Source of the DNA: Escherichia phage P1723
Direction: 5' to 3' (one strand)
Length of the DNA stretch: 40,282 bases
Sequence record: MT465573
Shown here piece by piece: positions 1 to 8,336 of the stretch; within the stretch, counting starts at the first letter, position 1, and each line of letters begins with the position of its first letter. Made by a program: the position numbers and the translations under genes. The notes below the pieces were generated by a model. That model searched no databases. It saw only the letters and a program-made list of their open reading frames with translations, and had not been told where the DNA came from.

Positions 1-301
1 TCTGTTGGACATCATAAGGTCATCACTCAATGTCACCTCAGGTCATCACCTTTGGTCGGTGCCCGTCCTTTGGTTTACTCTCAGTAGCGCTGTGACGCTT
101 ATCAGAGACCGTCAGTCTCATGGCTTATGGTTTGCTATCAGTTTATCAGAGAGGTGATTAGCTAGGCTCTCAGGGCTTATTGGTCGCATCTTTTGATGTG
201 ATGCTGGTGCTACTGGTCAGATTGTTAAAGAGCGGTCTATCTGTGGTACGCTTATAAGGTAACTTAAAGAGACCTACGAGTCAATAGCTATTATCACGGC
301 C

Positions 302-325
302 TATTAACCCACACTATAAGGAGCC
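302..325 (+). promoter_or_regulatory. Phage RNAP promoter variant (phiOL-like), ATTAACCCACACTATAAGGAG with A at +1
   Basis: Matches the 13-copy phage promoter consensus except TATAAGG instead of TATAGGG; T7 phiOL has the same A-for-G variant at the left end. Confidence 0.5.
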
Positions 326-374
326 AACCTATAAGCCCATACTTAAAGTATTTCATAAAGTTTATCTTTAAGTG

Positions 375-409
375 TTGACATCCTCATCGGTCTATGGCCT
401 AATAGCAAC
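375..409 (+). promoter_or_regulatory. Candidate host sigma70 promoter (TTGACA -35, weak -10)
   Basis: Perfect TTGACA at 375-380; -10 region (CCTAAT/CTAATA) is poor. Confidence 0.3.
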
Positions 410-529
410 CGTCAACACGACGACACGCTGCGATAGCGTCTCTAAGTGGTCTGATAGGTTGACGGGTTCGAGTCCACACGATAGAACGCCTAAGGAACTA
501 CGCAGAGCCACCTAACGAAACAAAATGTG

Positions 530-565
530 TTGACATGCAGAACGACCTGATGTAACTTAGATAGC
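530..565 (+). promoter_or_regulatory. Early host-RNAP promoter (A-type): TTGACA-N17-TAACTT
   Basis: TTGACA 530-535, 17-nt spacer, TAACTT 553-558; one of three near-identical copies. Confidence 0.6.
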
Positions 566-736
566 AAGCAGTAAGGGTCGCTACTGGCTCCCACAGTAGC
601 AGTCAGGAAGGGAACTAAATCCCAACAGCCGACGACTCGGCGGTTAGCATAGCGTACCATCTGAGGGTGGAAACAATATGAGATGCACGAGTCGCTTCCT
701 AAGGAGCTAATCTTACAGGGCAGGTAAACAAGCTGC

Positions 737-772
737 TTGACATACAGAACGAAACGCAGTAACTTAGATAGC
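737..772 (+). promoter_or_regulatory. Early host-RNAP promoter (A-type): TTGACA-N17-TAACTT
   Basis: TTGACA 737-742, 17-nt spacer, TAACTT 760-765; downstream TAACTTAGATAGCAAG identical to the copy at 553. Confidence 0.6.
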
Positions 773-898
773 AAGTAACACAGCAGTACAGCGAGACCGA
801 ACTGATAAACTACATGGTCTATGCGGTGCCTCAGCGCGAATATCTGAGGTGAACGATTAGCACGATACCTAAGGTGCTACGCTAAGTGAACAAATAGC

Positions 899-934
899 TT
901 GACAATGTGTACTTAGCGTAGTAACTTAGAGTCC
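899..934 (+). promoter_or_regulatory. Early host-RNAP promoter (A-type): TTGACA-N17-TAACTT
   Basis: TTGACA 899-904, 17-nt spacer, TAACTT 922-927. Confidence 0.6.
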
Positions 935-1082
935 AACAAGCAACGTGATGACCGACACTGAAAGGGTCTAGGTGATTCCCTCTGGATGAACCGAATGTTC
1001 TTTAACAATTTGGATATCAACACTCATGAGAACGATAGCGACAATAGCGATTAACTCATGGTCACTGATACTACCGCGAGAC

Positions 1083-1123
1083 GGGCTCAAGATGAGCGTA
1101 CAGTGTGCCATTATGATAATCAC
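1083..1123 (+). promoter_or_regulatory. Putative RNase III processing site (R0.3-like) upstream of gene 0.3
   Basis: GGCTCAAGATGAGCG...GTGTGCCATTATGATAATCACT resembles the CTCAAGG...GCCTTTATGAT motif of T7 RNase III sites; TCTTTAACAAT element just upstream as in T7. Confidence 0.4.
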
Positions 1124-1149
1124 TAGCTAACCAACGAATGGAGAACATC

Positions 1150-1602
1150 ATGATTTACACGAACGAACCAGCTAACAAATTCTATGTACTGGTCTCAGCA
1201 GCTCGAGCTAACCTGTCAGACATCGTGAACATGGGTCGTCAGTTAGACCTTAAGGCGCTCTTACAGGCCGAGCCGGAATACTATGGTGTCCTTGAATGTA
1301 CGGGTCTCACTGGCTGTTATCGTGAAGAGGGGCAGGCTGAAGCGTCCACCGAGCGCACTTACCGTGTACTGTGTGACAACAAGGCGCAAGCTATCAACGT
1401 GGCACGTTTGGCCTGTAATGACTTTGAGCAAGACTGTGTGATGGTCTATAAGTCACAGACTCACACCGCTGGTCTACTGTTCTGCAAGGGTCTGGAGGGG
1501 TACAAGGCGACTCGACTGAATGGCTCCTTCCAGCAAGTGGATGCACCTGAGGGTGAGTGCTACACAATGGATGCTGAAGGTCGTATCTGGGAGGTAATCT
1601 AA
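1150..1602 (+). CDS. 0.3: S-adenosylmethionine lyase (T3-type SAMase, anti-restriction), gene 0.3
   Basis: Translation MIYTNEPANKFYVLVSA...CYREE...KAQAINVARLACNDFEQDCVMVYKSQTHTAGL closely resembles T3 gp0.3 SAMase; GGAGAA RBS before the ATG at 1150 (tool ORF starts at 1138). Confidence 0.88.
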   Translation: MIYTNEPANKFYVLVSAARANLSDIVNMGRQLDLKALLQAEPEYYGVLECTGLTGCYREEGQAEASTERTYRVLCDNKAQAINVARLACNDFEQDCVMVYKSQTHTAGLLFCKGLEGYKATRLNGSFQQVDAPEGECYTMDAEGRIWEVI

Positions 1603-1764
1603 ATGAACAAGCCAACCTACGGTATCTCACAAAGTATCATGGTCATGTATCGCCTCTTGTACCAACTGGGCGACCGCTCACATGATGAAACTATGGCTAA
1701 ACTTAAGGCATGGCATGACGCTAACAAGCGCGATTATGATAAACGTGAGGGGCTATTCAAATGA
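1603..1764 (+). CDS. Small early protein, gene 0.4-like (53 aa)
   Basis: ATG immediately after the 0.3 stop (TAAATG); MNKPTYGISQ...MAKLKAWHDANK has the same residue pattern as T7 gp0.4 as recalled. Confidence 0.45.
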   Translation: MNKPTYGISQSIMVMYRLLYQLGDRSHDETMAKLKAWHDANKRDYDKREGLFK

Positions 1765-1897
1765 AACGCTACGGTATCCACGTTCCGGGCTGGTGTTACT
1801 CAATGACACTTACTGTTAAACTCACAGGTGGTTACTGATAGGATAACGAGAGCGTCACAGGTGGGCGCTCAAAGATAACCTAATGGAGACCTAGCGA

Positions 1898-2095
1898 ATG
1901 ACTATAGCTTTCATCATAGCAGTGTACGCAGCCATTGTGGCTCTCTTTGTGCGAGACTTCCGTAAGGGTCTCATTGTACACAGCGCGAACCTAGCGTACT
2001 TCAAATGGTACGTCCTGCCGCGATTCACTGTACGGGAACCGAATGGGCGCTTTAAGGCCAATAAGGTCGGGATGTTTTACGTAGCAACTCACTAA
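1898..2095 (+). CDS. Hypothetical early protein with N-terminal hydrophobic helix (65 aa)
   Basis: ATG start with GGAGA RBS; N-terminus IAFIIAVYAAIVALFV is TM-like; sits in the 0.5/0.6 position. Confidence 0.5.
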   Translation: MTIAFIIAVYAAIVALFVRDFRKGLIVHSANLAYFKWYVLPRFTVREPNGRFKANKVGMFYVATH

Positions 2096-2116
2096 TTAAT
2101 ATTCTGGAGATACCAA

Positions 2117-2473
2117 ATGACTACCATCAATACTCGCATTATGTACACCGTAGGTTTCCGCATTGCAGCCGTACAGCGTTACCTTGCACTACCGGATGGC
2201 CCTCGCGGGAAGACAGGAACTACAGGTTTGGCTGTTGAGCTTGGCGTGTCCGTCCCGAGCCTCAATAAGTGGGTGACGGATTACCGCAACGGAGTGCTTA
2301 GTCTATCTAATGCCGTGAGCGTAGCCCGTAAGCCTGATAACGTGGTTAATGGTGACACCTATCATGTGTCTGGACGGGACTTCCGCACCAAAGAGGAGGC
2401 TATTCGCTACGCTGTAGAGCTTGCCGGTGGCATCACTGTAACCCGCACAATCCACGAATCTGTAACATTCTAA
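2117..2473 (+). CDS. Hypothetical early protein with helix-turn-helix motif (118 aa)
   Basis: ATG with GGAGA RBS; segment FRIAAVQRY...GTTGLAVELGVSVPSLNKWVTDY resembles the HTH of IS3-family OrfA-type DNA-binding domains. Confidence 0.55.
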   Translation: MTTINTRIMYTVGFRIAAVQRYLALPDGPRGKTGTTGLAVELGVSVPSLNKWVTDYRNGVLSLSNAVSVARKPDNVVNGDTYHVSGRDFRTKEEAIRYAVELAGGITVTRTIHESVTF

Positions 2474-2497
2474 TAGTCAACCTCTGGAGTAACTGAA

Positions 2498-3652
2498 ATG
2501 AACCCAATGAACGCAGCACATCACGTAGTCCCTACCGTGTATCAAGCACTTGAGTACCGAATGAAAGCACTGAAAGCGCTACCTATCGACCGACTCGATG
2601 AACGCCAACCGGGTCTCGTGGGTATTCTTGCTGACCTTGTAAACTACGAGACTGATTGCGGCTGTGGCGTGGACGATACCGAGTTCGTTAACTCACAGGA
2701 CTGGTGGGGTTCGCTGGTGGCGATGGCTCGCGAGCTGGGATATACGTTCCTAGGGAATGGATTCTTCAGTGCAGTATTCAGCCACGTAAGTCTGCCGGGT
2801 CGCGTCATTAAGGTGGGCTTTAAGAAAGAAGACTCAGGCGCTGCGTACGCTGCATTCTGCCGAGCTAATCCGGGTCTACAAGGGCTGCCAGTAATCCATG
2901 CGATTGCACGACATGAGGCCTGTTACACGGTCGTTCTGGACCACCTTAAGCCATACAGCGCAAAGTCACCTGAAGTCCTCGACCAGTACAACATCGTGAA
3001 GACTCAGATTCTGAATCGTGATAATGACGCATGGGACTTCTGCGAGGCATACGATGAGGTCACTCAGGGTCTACAGGGGACCGCAGCGCACATCCGCGAG
3101 TTCTTCTATGGGGTGGCTGGCTTCGACATGCATGAAGGTAACGTGATGCTGGACCATAACGACAACATCGTCATCACTGACCCGGTGAGCTACACAAACG
3201 GTCTCGGTGAGCCGGATGACTTCAGGGTAGACTTTGAGGCGCTACTTGAGGAAATCCAAGCGATGAAACTTGAGGAAGCTATTGAGAAGTGGCAACAACG
3301 TCACCTCCGTAAGTTGAACAAGCTGGAGAACCGAAAGGCACATCGCCGCCATAAGATTCAACTGGCTAAGATTAGAGCCGAGCGTGAAGAACGCCAAGCG
3401 AAAGCCAATATGGTTCGCAAGGATGATGACCGAGCGTGGGAACTGGTGGTAGGAATTAAGCCGGACGCTAAGTACATCTGTGGTCGCGGTGTGAAGTGGG
3501 CAATCCCTGAGGGTCTTAAGATTCACCACAGGAACGGCATCCGGGTCATCCATGAGAAGAACGTGGAGCGCCACAACCGAATGGTAGAGCAAATCAATAT
3601 GGGCAGACCGCTTGATATTGATAAGCGTCTTGACGCAATGTTTATGGGCTGA
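2498..3652 (+). CDS. 0.7: Serine/threonine protein kinase / host shutoff, gene 0.7
   Basis: 384 aa; conserved blocks KALPI..L.ERQ, NGFFSAVFSH, VIKVGFKKEDSGAAY, FDMHEGNVM, ITDPVS match T7 gp0.7. Confidence 0.9.
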   Translation: MNPMNAAHHVVPTVYQALEYRMKALKALPIDRLDERQPGLVGILADLVNYETDCGCGVDDTEFVNSQDWWGSLVAMARELGYTFLGNGFFSAVFSHVSLPGRVIKVGFKKEDSGAAYAAFCRANPGLQGLPVIHAIARHEACYTVVLDHLKPYSAKSPEVLDQYNIVKTQILNRDNDAWDFCEAYDEVTQGLQGTAAHIREFFYGVAGFDMHEGNVMLDHNDNIVITDPVSYTNGLGEPDDFRVDFEALLEEIQAMKLEEAIEKWQQRHLRKLNKLENRKAHRRHKIQLAKIRAEREERQAKANMVRKDDDRAWELVVGIKPDAKYICGRGVKWAIPEGLKIHHRNGIRVIHEKNVERHNRMVEQINMGRPLDIDKRLDAMFMG

Positions 3653-3654
3653 TA

Positions 3655-3705
3655 GTCTACACTTCAAGAGGTCGCCAAGTGGTGGCCTCTGAGAGTGAAG
3701 ATTCT
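3655..3705 (+). promoter_or_regulatory. RNase III site R1-like hairpin between 0.7 and gene 1
   Basis: TGATAGTCTACACTTCAAGAGGTCGCCAAGTGGTGGCCTCTGAGAGTGAAG; same TGATAG + CAAG..GGTC...GGTGGCC architecture as T7 R1. Confidence 0.5.
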
Positions 3706-3723
3706 TAAACAAGCGAGGCAATA

Positions 3724-6372
3724 ATGAGCAACGTAATTAATCCGGCAGTGAATGACTTTTCTGATATCAAACACGCTATCGAACCGTTCAACGTATTGGC
3801 AGACCATTACGGCGAACATCTGGCGGCTGTTCAACTTGAGTTAGAGCACGAGGCATACACGGAAGGTGAGAAGCGTTTCCATAAGCAGTTACAGCGTCAG
3901 ATTGAGGCTGGCGAGTTTGCAGATAACGCAGCGGCTAAAGGTGTAGTTCAAACGTTAATCCCTCGGTTGTCTGCTCGTTTCACCGAGTGGCACGAAGAGA
4001 TGCGCGTGAAGAAAGGACGTAAGCACGTAGCGACAAAGACCACAGCGGCAATCAACGCCGACAACTGTGCGGCAATCGTGGTCAAGCAGACACTGGCACA
4101 GGTAGCCAAGCAGGAACTGGCATCAATGCAGAACGTAGCGTTCGCCATAGGTCGTGCAATCGAAGATGAGTTACGCTTCGGTCGTATCCGTGATGAGGAA
4201 GCCAAGTTCTTTAAGAAGTACGTAGAGGACGGGCTCAACAAGCGCAACGGCTTGCTCTACAAAAAGGCTTACATGCAGGTCGTAGAGAAACAGATGATTG
4301 AGCGCAAAGAGCTTAAATCCACGTGGGAGCACTGGACCACCGAGGAGCTGGAGCATACAGGTATCAAGATGCTTGAATTGCTTATTGAGTCTACAGGTCT
4401 CGTTGAGGTCGAGCGCATGAACGCCGGGAACGTTAAGTCAGACGGTCAGTTTGTCTTCTTGGCTGACGAATGGGTCGAGGCTATCAGTAAACGCGCTGGC
4501 GCACTGGCTGCAATCGCACCAATGTATCAACCTTGTGTAGTCCCTCCGAAACCTTGGACGTCCATCGAAGGTGGCGGCTATTGGGCGGCTGGTCGTAAGC
4601 CGATTCAGTTGATTCGTGTAGGCTCTCGTAAGGCTCTCATGCGCTACAACGATGTGTCTATGCCTGAGGTATATGAAGCGGTCAACATCGCTCAGAATAC
4701 AGCGTGGAAGATTAACACGAAGGTTCTGGCGGTCGTCAATCAGGTGGTCAACTGGAAGAACTGTCCGGTGGAGGATATCCCAGCGCTGGAGAGTAAAGAA
4801 CTCCCGGAGAAACCTGAGGATATCGACACGAACGAAGAGGCTCTCAAGAAGTGGAAGAAAGCTGCTGCCGCTGTGTATCGTCAAGACAAGGCACGTGTGT
4901 CTAAGCGCCTGTCCCTTGAGTTCGCTCTCGGTCAGGCCAATAAGTTTGCACAGTTTAAGGCAATCTGGTTCCCGTACAACCTAGACTGGCGAGGTCGAGT
5001 GTATGCTTGCCCGATGTTTAACCCACAGGGTAACGATATGACCAAAGGGCTCCTGACGTTCGCCACGGGTAAACCAATGGGCGACGATGGGATGTACTGG
5101 CTGAAGATTCATGGCGCTAACTGTGCAGGTGTCGATAAGGTTCCATTCCCTGAGCGCATCGACTTCATTGAGAGTCATCACGCAGACATCATGGCTTGCG
5201 CGGATGAACCTTTAGAGAACCTTTGGTGGGCTGAGCAGGATTCACCGTTCTGTTTCCTAGCGTTTTGCTTCGAGTACGCTGGTGCATTTCGTCACGGTAA
5301 GTCCTACGTGTCCTCGCTGCCTCTGGCGTTCGATGGGTCATGCTCTGGTATTCAGCACTTCTCCGCGATGCTTCGTGATGAGGTTGGTGGTCGTGCGGTT
5401 AACTTACTGCCTAGCGAGAAGGTTCAGGATATCTACCGTATCGTCTCCGACAAGGTTAACATCCGTCTTCAGGCTGACGTAATCGGTGGGACTGATAACG
5501 AGATTGAAGTAATCACAAACAAGACCACTGGTGAGATTACCGAGAAGCCTAAGCTGGGTACTCGCGAGCTGGCTGGTCAGTGGCTGGCCTTTGGGGTCAA
5601 CCGTGGGGTCACTAAACGTTCTGTCATGACGCTGGCGTATGGTTCCAAAGAGTATGGATTCCGTGACCAAGTACTGGAGGACACCATCCGCCCAGCTATT
5701 GACAACGGAAAGGGCCTCATGTTTACCCAGCCGAACCAAGCAGCAGGTTACATGGCGAAACTCATCTGGGAAGCTGTAAGTGTCACTGTGGTCGCAGCCG
5801 TAGATGCCATGAAGTGGCTTCAGAGTGCCGCTAAGCTGTTAGCCGCTGAGGTGAAGGATAAGGATGGGACAATCCTGCGAAACCGCTGTGCTGTACATTG
5901 GGTTACTCCTGACGGGTTCCCTGTGTGGCAGGAATACAAGAAGCCAGTCCAGAAGCGTCTCGACCTGATTTTCCTTGGGAAGATTCGCATGGCCCTGACC
6001 ATTAACACAACCAAAGATAGCGGGATTGATGCACACAAACAGGAGTCAGGGATTGCGCCTAACTTCGTGCACAGCATGGATGGTAGCCACCTTCGTCAGA
6101 CGGTCGTCCACGGTCACAATAAGTATGGCATCAAGTCGTTCGCGCTGATTCACGATAGCTTTGGTGCGGTAGCCGCAGACGCTCGCAACCTGTTTAACGC
6201 AGTGCGTGAGACCCTTGTGGAGACCTATGAGCAGCATGACGTAATCCAAGAGTTCTACGACCAGTTTTACGACCAGTTACACGAAAGCCAGCTTGAGAAG
6301 ATGCCAGCGATTCCAGCTAAAGGGTCTCTGAATCTTCAGGAAATCTTAAAGTCTGACTTTGCGTTCGCCTAA
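3724..6372 (+). CDS. 1: Single-subunit DNA-directed RNA polymerase, gene 1
   Basis: 882 aa, near-colinear with T3/T7 RNAP: PMFNPQGNDMTKGLLT, DGSCSGIQHFSAM, HDSFG, C-terminal FAFA; RBS GAGG. Confidence 0.98.
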   Translation: MSNVINPAVNDFSDIKHAIEPFNVLADHYGEHLAAVQLELEHEAYTEGEKRFHKQLQRQIEAGEFADNAAAKGVVQTLIPRLSARFTEWHEEMRVKKGRKHVATKTTAAINADNCAAIVVKQTLAQVAKQELASMQNVAFAIGRAIEDELRFGRIRDEEAKFFKKYVEDGLNKRNGLLYKKAYMQVVEKQMIERKELKSTWEHWTTEELEHTGIKMLELLIESTGLVEVERMNAGNVKSDGQFVFLADEWVEAISKRAGALAAIAPMYQPCVVPPKPWTSIEGGGYWAAGRKPIQLIRVGSRKALMRYNDVSMPEVYEAVNIAQNTAWKINTKVLAVVNQVVNWKNCPVEDIPALESKELPEKPEDIDTNEEALKKWKKAAAAVYRQDKARVSKRLSLEFALGQANKFAQFKAIWFPYNLDWRGRVYACPMFNPQGNDMTKGLLTFATGKPMGDDGMYWLKIHGANCAGVDKVPFPERIDFIESHHADIMACADEPLENLWWAEQDSPFCFLAFCFEYAGAFRHGKSYVSSLPLAFDGSCSGIQHFSAMLRDEVGGRAVNLLPSEKVQDIYRIVSDKVNIRLQADVIGGTDNEIEVITNKTTGEITEKPKLGTRELAGQWLAFGVNRGVTKRSVMTLAYGSKEYGFRDQVLEDTIRPAIDNGKGLMFTQPNQAAGYMAKLIWEAVSVTVVAAVDAMKWLQSAAKLLAAEVKDKDGTILRNRCAVHWVTPDGFPVWQEYKKPVQKRLDLIFLGKIRMALTINTTKDSGIDAHKQESGIAPNFVHSMDGSHLRQTVVHGHNKYGIKSFALIHDSFGAVAADARNLFNAVRETLVETYEQHDVIQEFYDQFYDQLHESQLEKMPAIPAKGSLNLQEILKSDFAFA

Positions 6373-6416
6373 CAGCGTCGGTTAATACCTAAGGCCTTGA
6401 ATCTTCAGGGTCTTAT

Positions 6417-6439
6417 CATTAACCCACACTATAGGGAAC
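6417..6439 (+). promoter_or_regulatory. Phage RNAP promoter (phi1.05-like), ATTAACCCACACTATAGGGAAC
   Basis: Exact match to the -16..+1 core consensus; +1 G at 6434. Confidence 0.7.
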
Positions 6440-6533
6440 CAGATGGCCTCTCGCCTAGATGCGATGCCGGATGGTCCCAATACTTAAAGTTAAACATAAA
6501 GATACTTAAAGTTAACCAACGAGGTTTACAAAC

Positions 6534-6812
6534 ATGATTACTTCAATCTTTTCATACCTAAAGAAACTCTTTAAGATACCTAAAGTTACCCGCGTGCTGT
6601 TCTACGCTGTGAAGCCTGATGGTCGTCTCCACAAGACAGACTTTGTGTTGGGACTTGGGCCTTGCGGTAAGACAGTCAGTAAACTGAAGTTGTCCTCACG
6701 AGGTCCTCTACTGTATGTACTGACACAGACGCACACCGATGGGTCTCGTAAAGAGTTCATCTTTAAGAAGCATGATGTACTCGGTCGCATAGTTATTGAG
6801 ACCACCCGCTAA
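6534..6812 (+). CDS. Hypothetical protein (gene 1.05 position, 92 aa)
   Basis: ATG ORF following the phage promoter at 6417; no recognisable domain. Confidence 0.55.
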   Translation: MITSIFSYLKKLFKIPKVTRVLFYAVKPDGRLHKTDFVLGLGPCGKTVSKLKLSSRGPLLYVLTQTHTDGSRKEFIFKKHDVLGRIVIETTR

Positions 6813-6815
6813 GCA

Positions 6816-6838
6816 TATTAACCCACACTATAGGGAGA
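6816..6838 (+). promoter_or_regulatory. Phage RNAP promoter (phi1.1-like), ATTAACCCACACTATAGGGAGA
   Basis: Consensus match, +1 G at 6833, directly upstream of gene 1.1. Confidence 0.75.
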
Positions 6839-6877
6839 CAATCCGATCTCCCTTTCGAATACTTTAAGGAATACACT

Positions 6878-7066
6878 ATGAATACCAATTTCGAGCGCAT
6901 CACTCGCAAGGCTCCAACTGAAGGTTTCACTGGTCGTAAAGGCGCTAAGTTAAACAAGCGTGACCGTAAAGCTGACCGCTCTGGGAAGCGTGAAGTCTTC
7001 GACCACATTGCCGATAAGATGGAACGCAAGTACACTTCCTGTGGTAAACAATATCGCGAATACTAA
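6878..7066 (+). CDS. 1.1: Gene 1.1-like small basic protein (62 aa)
   Basis: MNTNFERITRK...GRKGAKLNKRDRK resembles T7 gp1.1; RBS AAGGAA. Confidence 0.65.
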   Translation: MNTNFERITRKAPTEGFTGRKGAKLNKRDRKADRSGKREVFDHIADKMERKYTSCGKQYREY

Positions 7067-7076
7067 GAGGTGGCTT

Positions 7077-7301
7077 ATGGTTAGCCTGAAAGATGCACTC
7101 TGGCTCACTGGTCTGGAAATGACCATGTATTATGACGTTTGCCGGATGTTGCACGTTACAGTTATTTGTGATGCGTTCGGCCTTGAGCTTGGACGTCTCG
7201 AACAACCTTATGCGAAAGATAGCGAGACTACCGCTAAGTTCTACGCATGGAAAATCATCGAGCAATACAACCCACAATTCATGAAGGAAATCAAACAATG
7301 A
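7077..7301 (+). CDS. Hypothetical protein in gene 1.2 position (74 aa)
   Basis: ATG at 7077 with AAGAGGTGG RBS (tool ORF extends upstream to a GTG at 6960); stop overlaps ligase start (ATGA). Confidence 0.55.
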   Translation: MVSLKDALWLTGLEMTMYYDVCRMLHVTVICDAFGLELGRLEQPYAKDSETTAKFYAWKIIEQYNPQFMKEIKQ

Positions 7302-8332
7302 CATCTATTAAAACCAACCCATACAAAGCAGTAAGTTTCGTTCAGTCTGCTGTAGAGAAAGCTCTTGAGAAGAACGGTTCACTCATTGCTGACGTTAAGT
7401 ACGATGGCGTTCGTGGTAACATTGTGGTAGCCGATGACGCGCGTGGCCTGTGGTTGTCACGTGTAGCCAAGACCATCCCTGCACTGGAGCACCTGAACGG
7501 TTACGACCGTCGCTGGGAGAAGCTCCTTAAGGATGACCGCTGGATTTACCCGGAAGGGTTCATGCTTGATGGTGAACTGATGGTCAAAGGTGTGTCGTTC
7601 CAGAAGGGCTCTGGATTGCTGCGTACCAAGTGGCTCAAGCTGAACAACTTTGAGTTCACCGAGCACCGTGTGTTCCACGATGTGTGGAAGTCTAAGAACA
7701 AGCAACCATTCAACCTCTCCGTTGAGCACCTGTGCGTTCGCCTCTATGCTATCCTGCCGCTCGACAAAGTTGAGTCTGGTGAAGATATCGACGTGATGAA
7801 CTGCTTAATGCAGGTCCACTGTCAGCAGATGATTATGGTGCTGCGTGACCACTTCCCTGAAGTCTCTTGGGAACTTGCTGAGACCTACGATGTGTATGAC
7901 ATGCAGTCCCTGAACGAACTCTACGCAGAGAAACGTGCAGAGGGCCATGAGGGTCTCATCATTAAGGACCCAACAGGGACTTATCATCGCGGTAAGAAAA
8001 CTGGCTGGTGGAAGATGAAGCCAGAAGACGAAGCCGATGGTGTCGTTGTTGGTCTCAATTGGGGCACTCAGGGTCTCGCTAACGAAGGTAAGGTTATCGG
8101 CTTCCAAGTTCTCCTTGAGAATGGTGTGGTGGTTGACGCTAACAACATCTCTCAGAAGCTGATGGATGAGTTCACCGCTGAGGTGAAACGTCTGGAAGAC
8201 GAGGAGGTCAACCCTTACGAGGGCTGGCAGTGTCAGGTGAAGTTCATGGAGTACACCGAAGATGGCTCGCTCCGTCACCCTAGCTGGGATTGCTGGCGAG
8301 GGACTGAAAGTGACCCAACGGTGAAGATGTAA
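7298..8332 (+). CDS. 1.3: ATP-dependent DNA ligase, gene 1.3
   Basis: MTSIKTNPYKAVSFV...KYDGVRGN...EGLIIKDP...WWKMKP...EGKVIGF...SLRHPS matches T7 ligase including the active-site KYDGVRG; start at 7298 chosen over 7247 by RBS and T7 alignment. Confidence 0.9.
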   Translation: MTSIKTNPYKAVSFVQSAVEKALEKNGSLIADVKYDGVRGNIVVADDARGLWLSRVAKTIPALEHLNGYDRRWEKLLKDDRWIYPEGFMLDGELMVKGVSFQKGSGLLRTKWLKLNNFEFTEHRVFHDVWKSKNKQPFNLSVEHLCVRLYAILPLDKVESGEDIDVMNCLMQVHCQQMIMVLRDHFPEVSWELAETYDVYDMQSLNELYAEKRAEGHEGLIIKDPTGTYHRGKKTGWWKMKPEDEADGVVVGLNWGTQGLANEGKVIGFQVLLENGVVVDANNISQKLMDEFTAEVKRLEDEEVNPYEGWQCQVKFMEYTEDGSLRHPSWDCWRGTESDPTVKM

Positions 8333-8336
8333 GGCG

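Noticed and set aside
1-300. Window start as a terminal repeat matching the window end
   Set aside because: The first ~190 bp are not a copy of the last ~190 bp; only short CCTTTGGT-type motifs are shared, so no full direct terminal repeat pair is present in this window.
1761-1838. 25-aa ORF (MKRYGIHVPGWCYSMTLTVKLTGGY) after the 0.4-like gene
   Set aside because: Very short, no clear RBS and no recognisable similarity; it may instead be part of an R0.5-like RNA structure region.
4652-4984. Arg-rich 110-aa plus-strand ORF inside gene 1
   Set aside because: It is an alternate frame of the RNAP gene with no start context; the composition is a frame artefact.
7262-7290. Promoter-like sequence ACAACCCACAATTCATGAAGG upstream of ligase
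   Set aside because: Shares AACCCACA with the phage promoter but lacks the TATAGGG initiation core; most likely a coding-sequence coincidence.
7247-7297. Upstream ATG at 7247 as the ligase start
   Set aside because: It has no RBS and lies inside the gene 1.2 coding region; the ATG at 7298 has an AAGGAAA RBS and aligns with the T7 ligase N-terminus.
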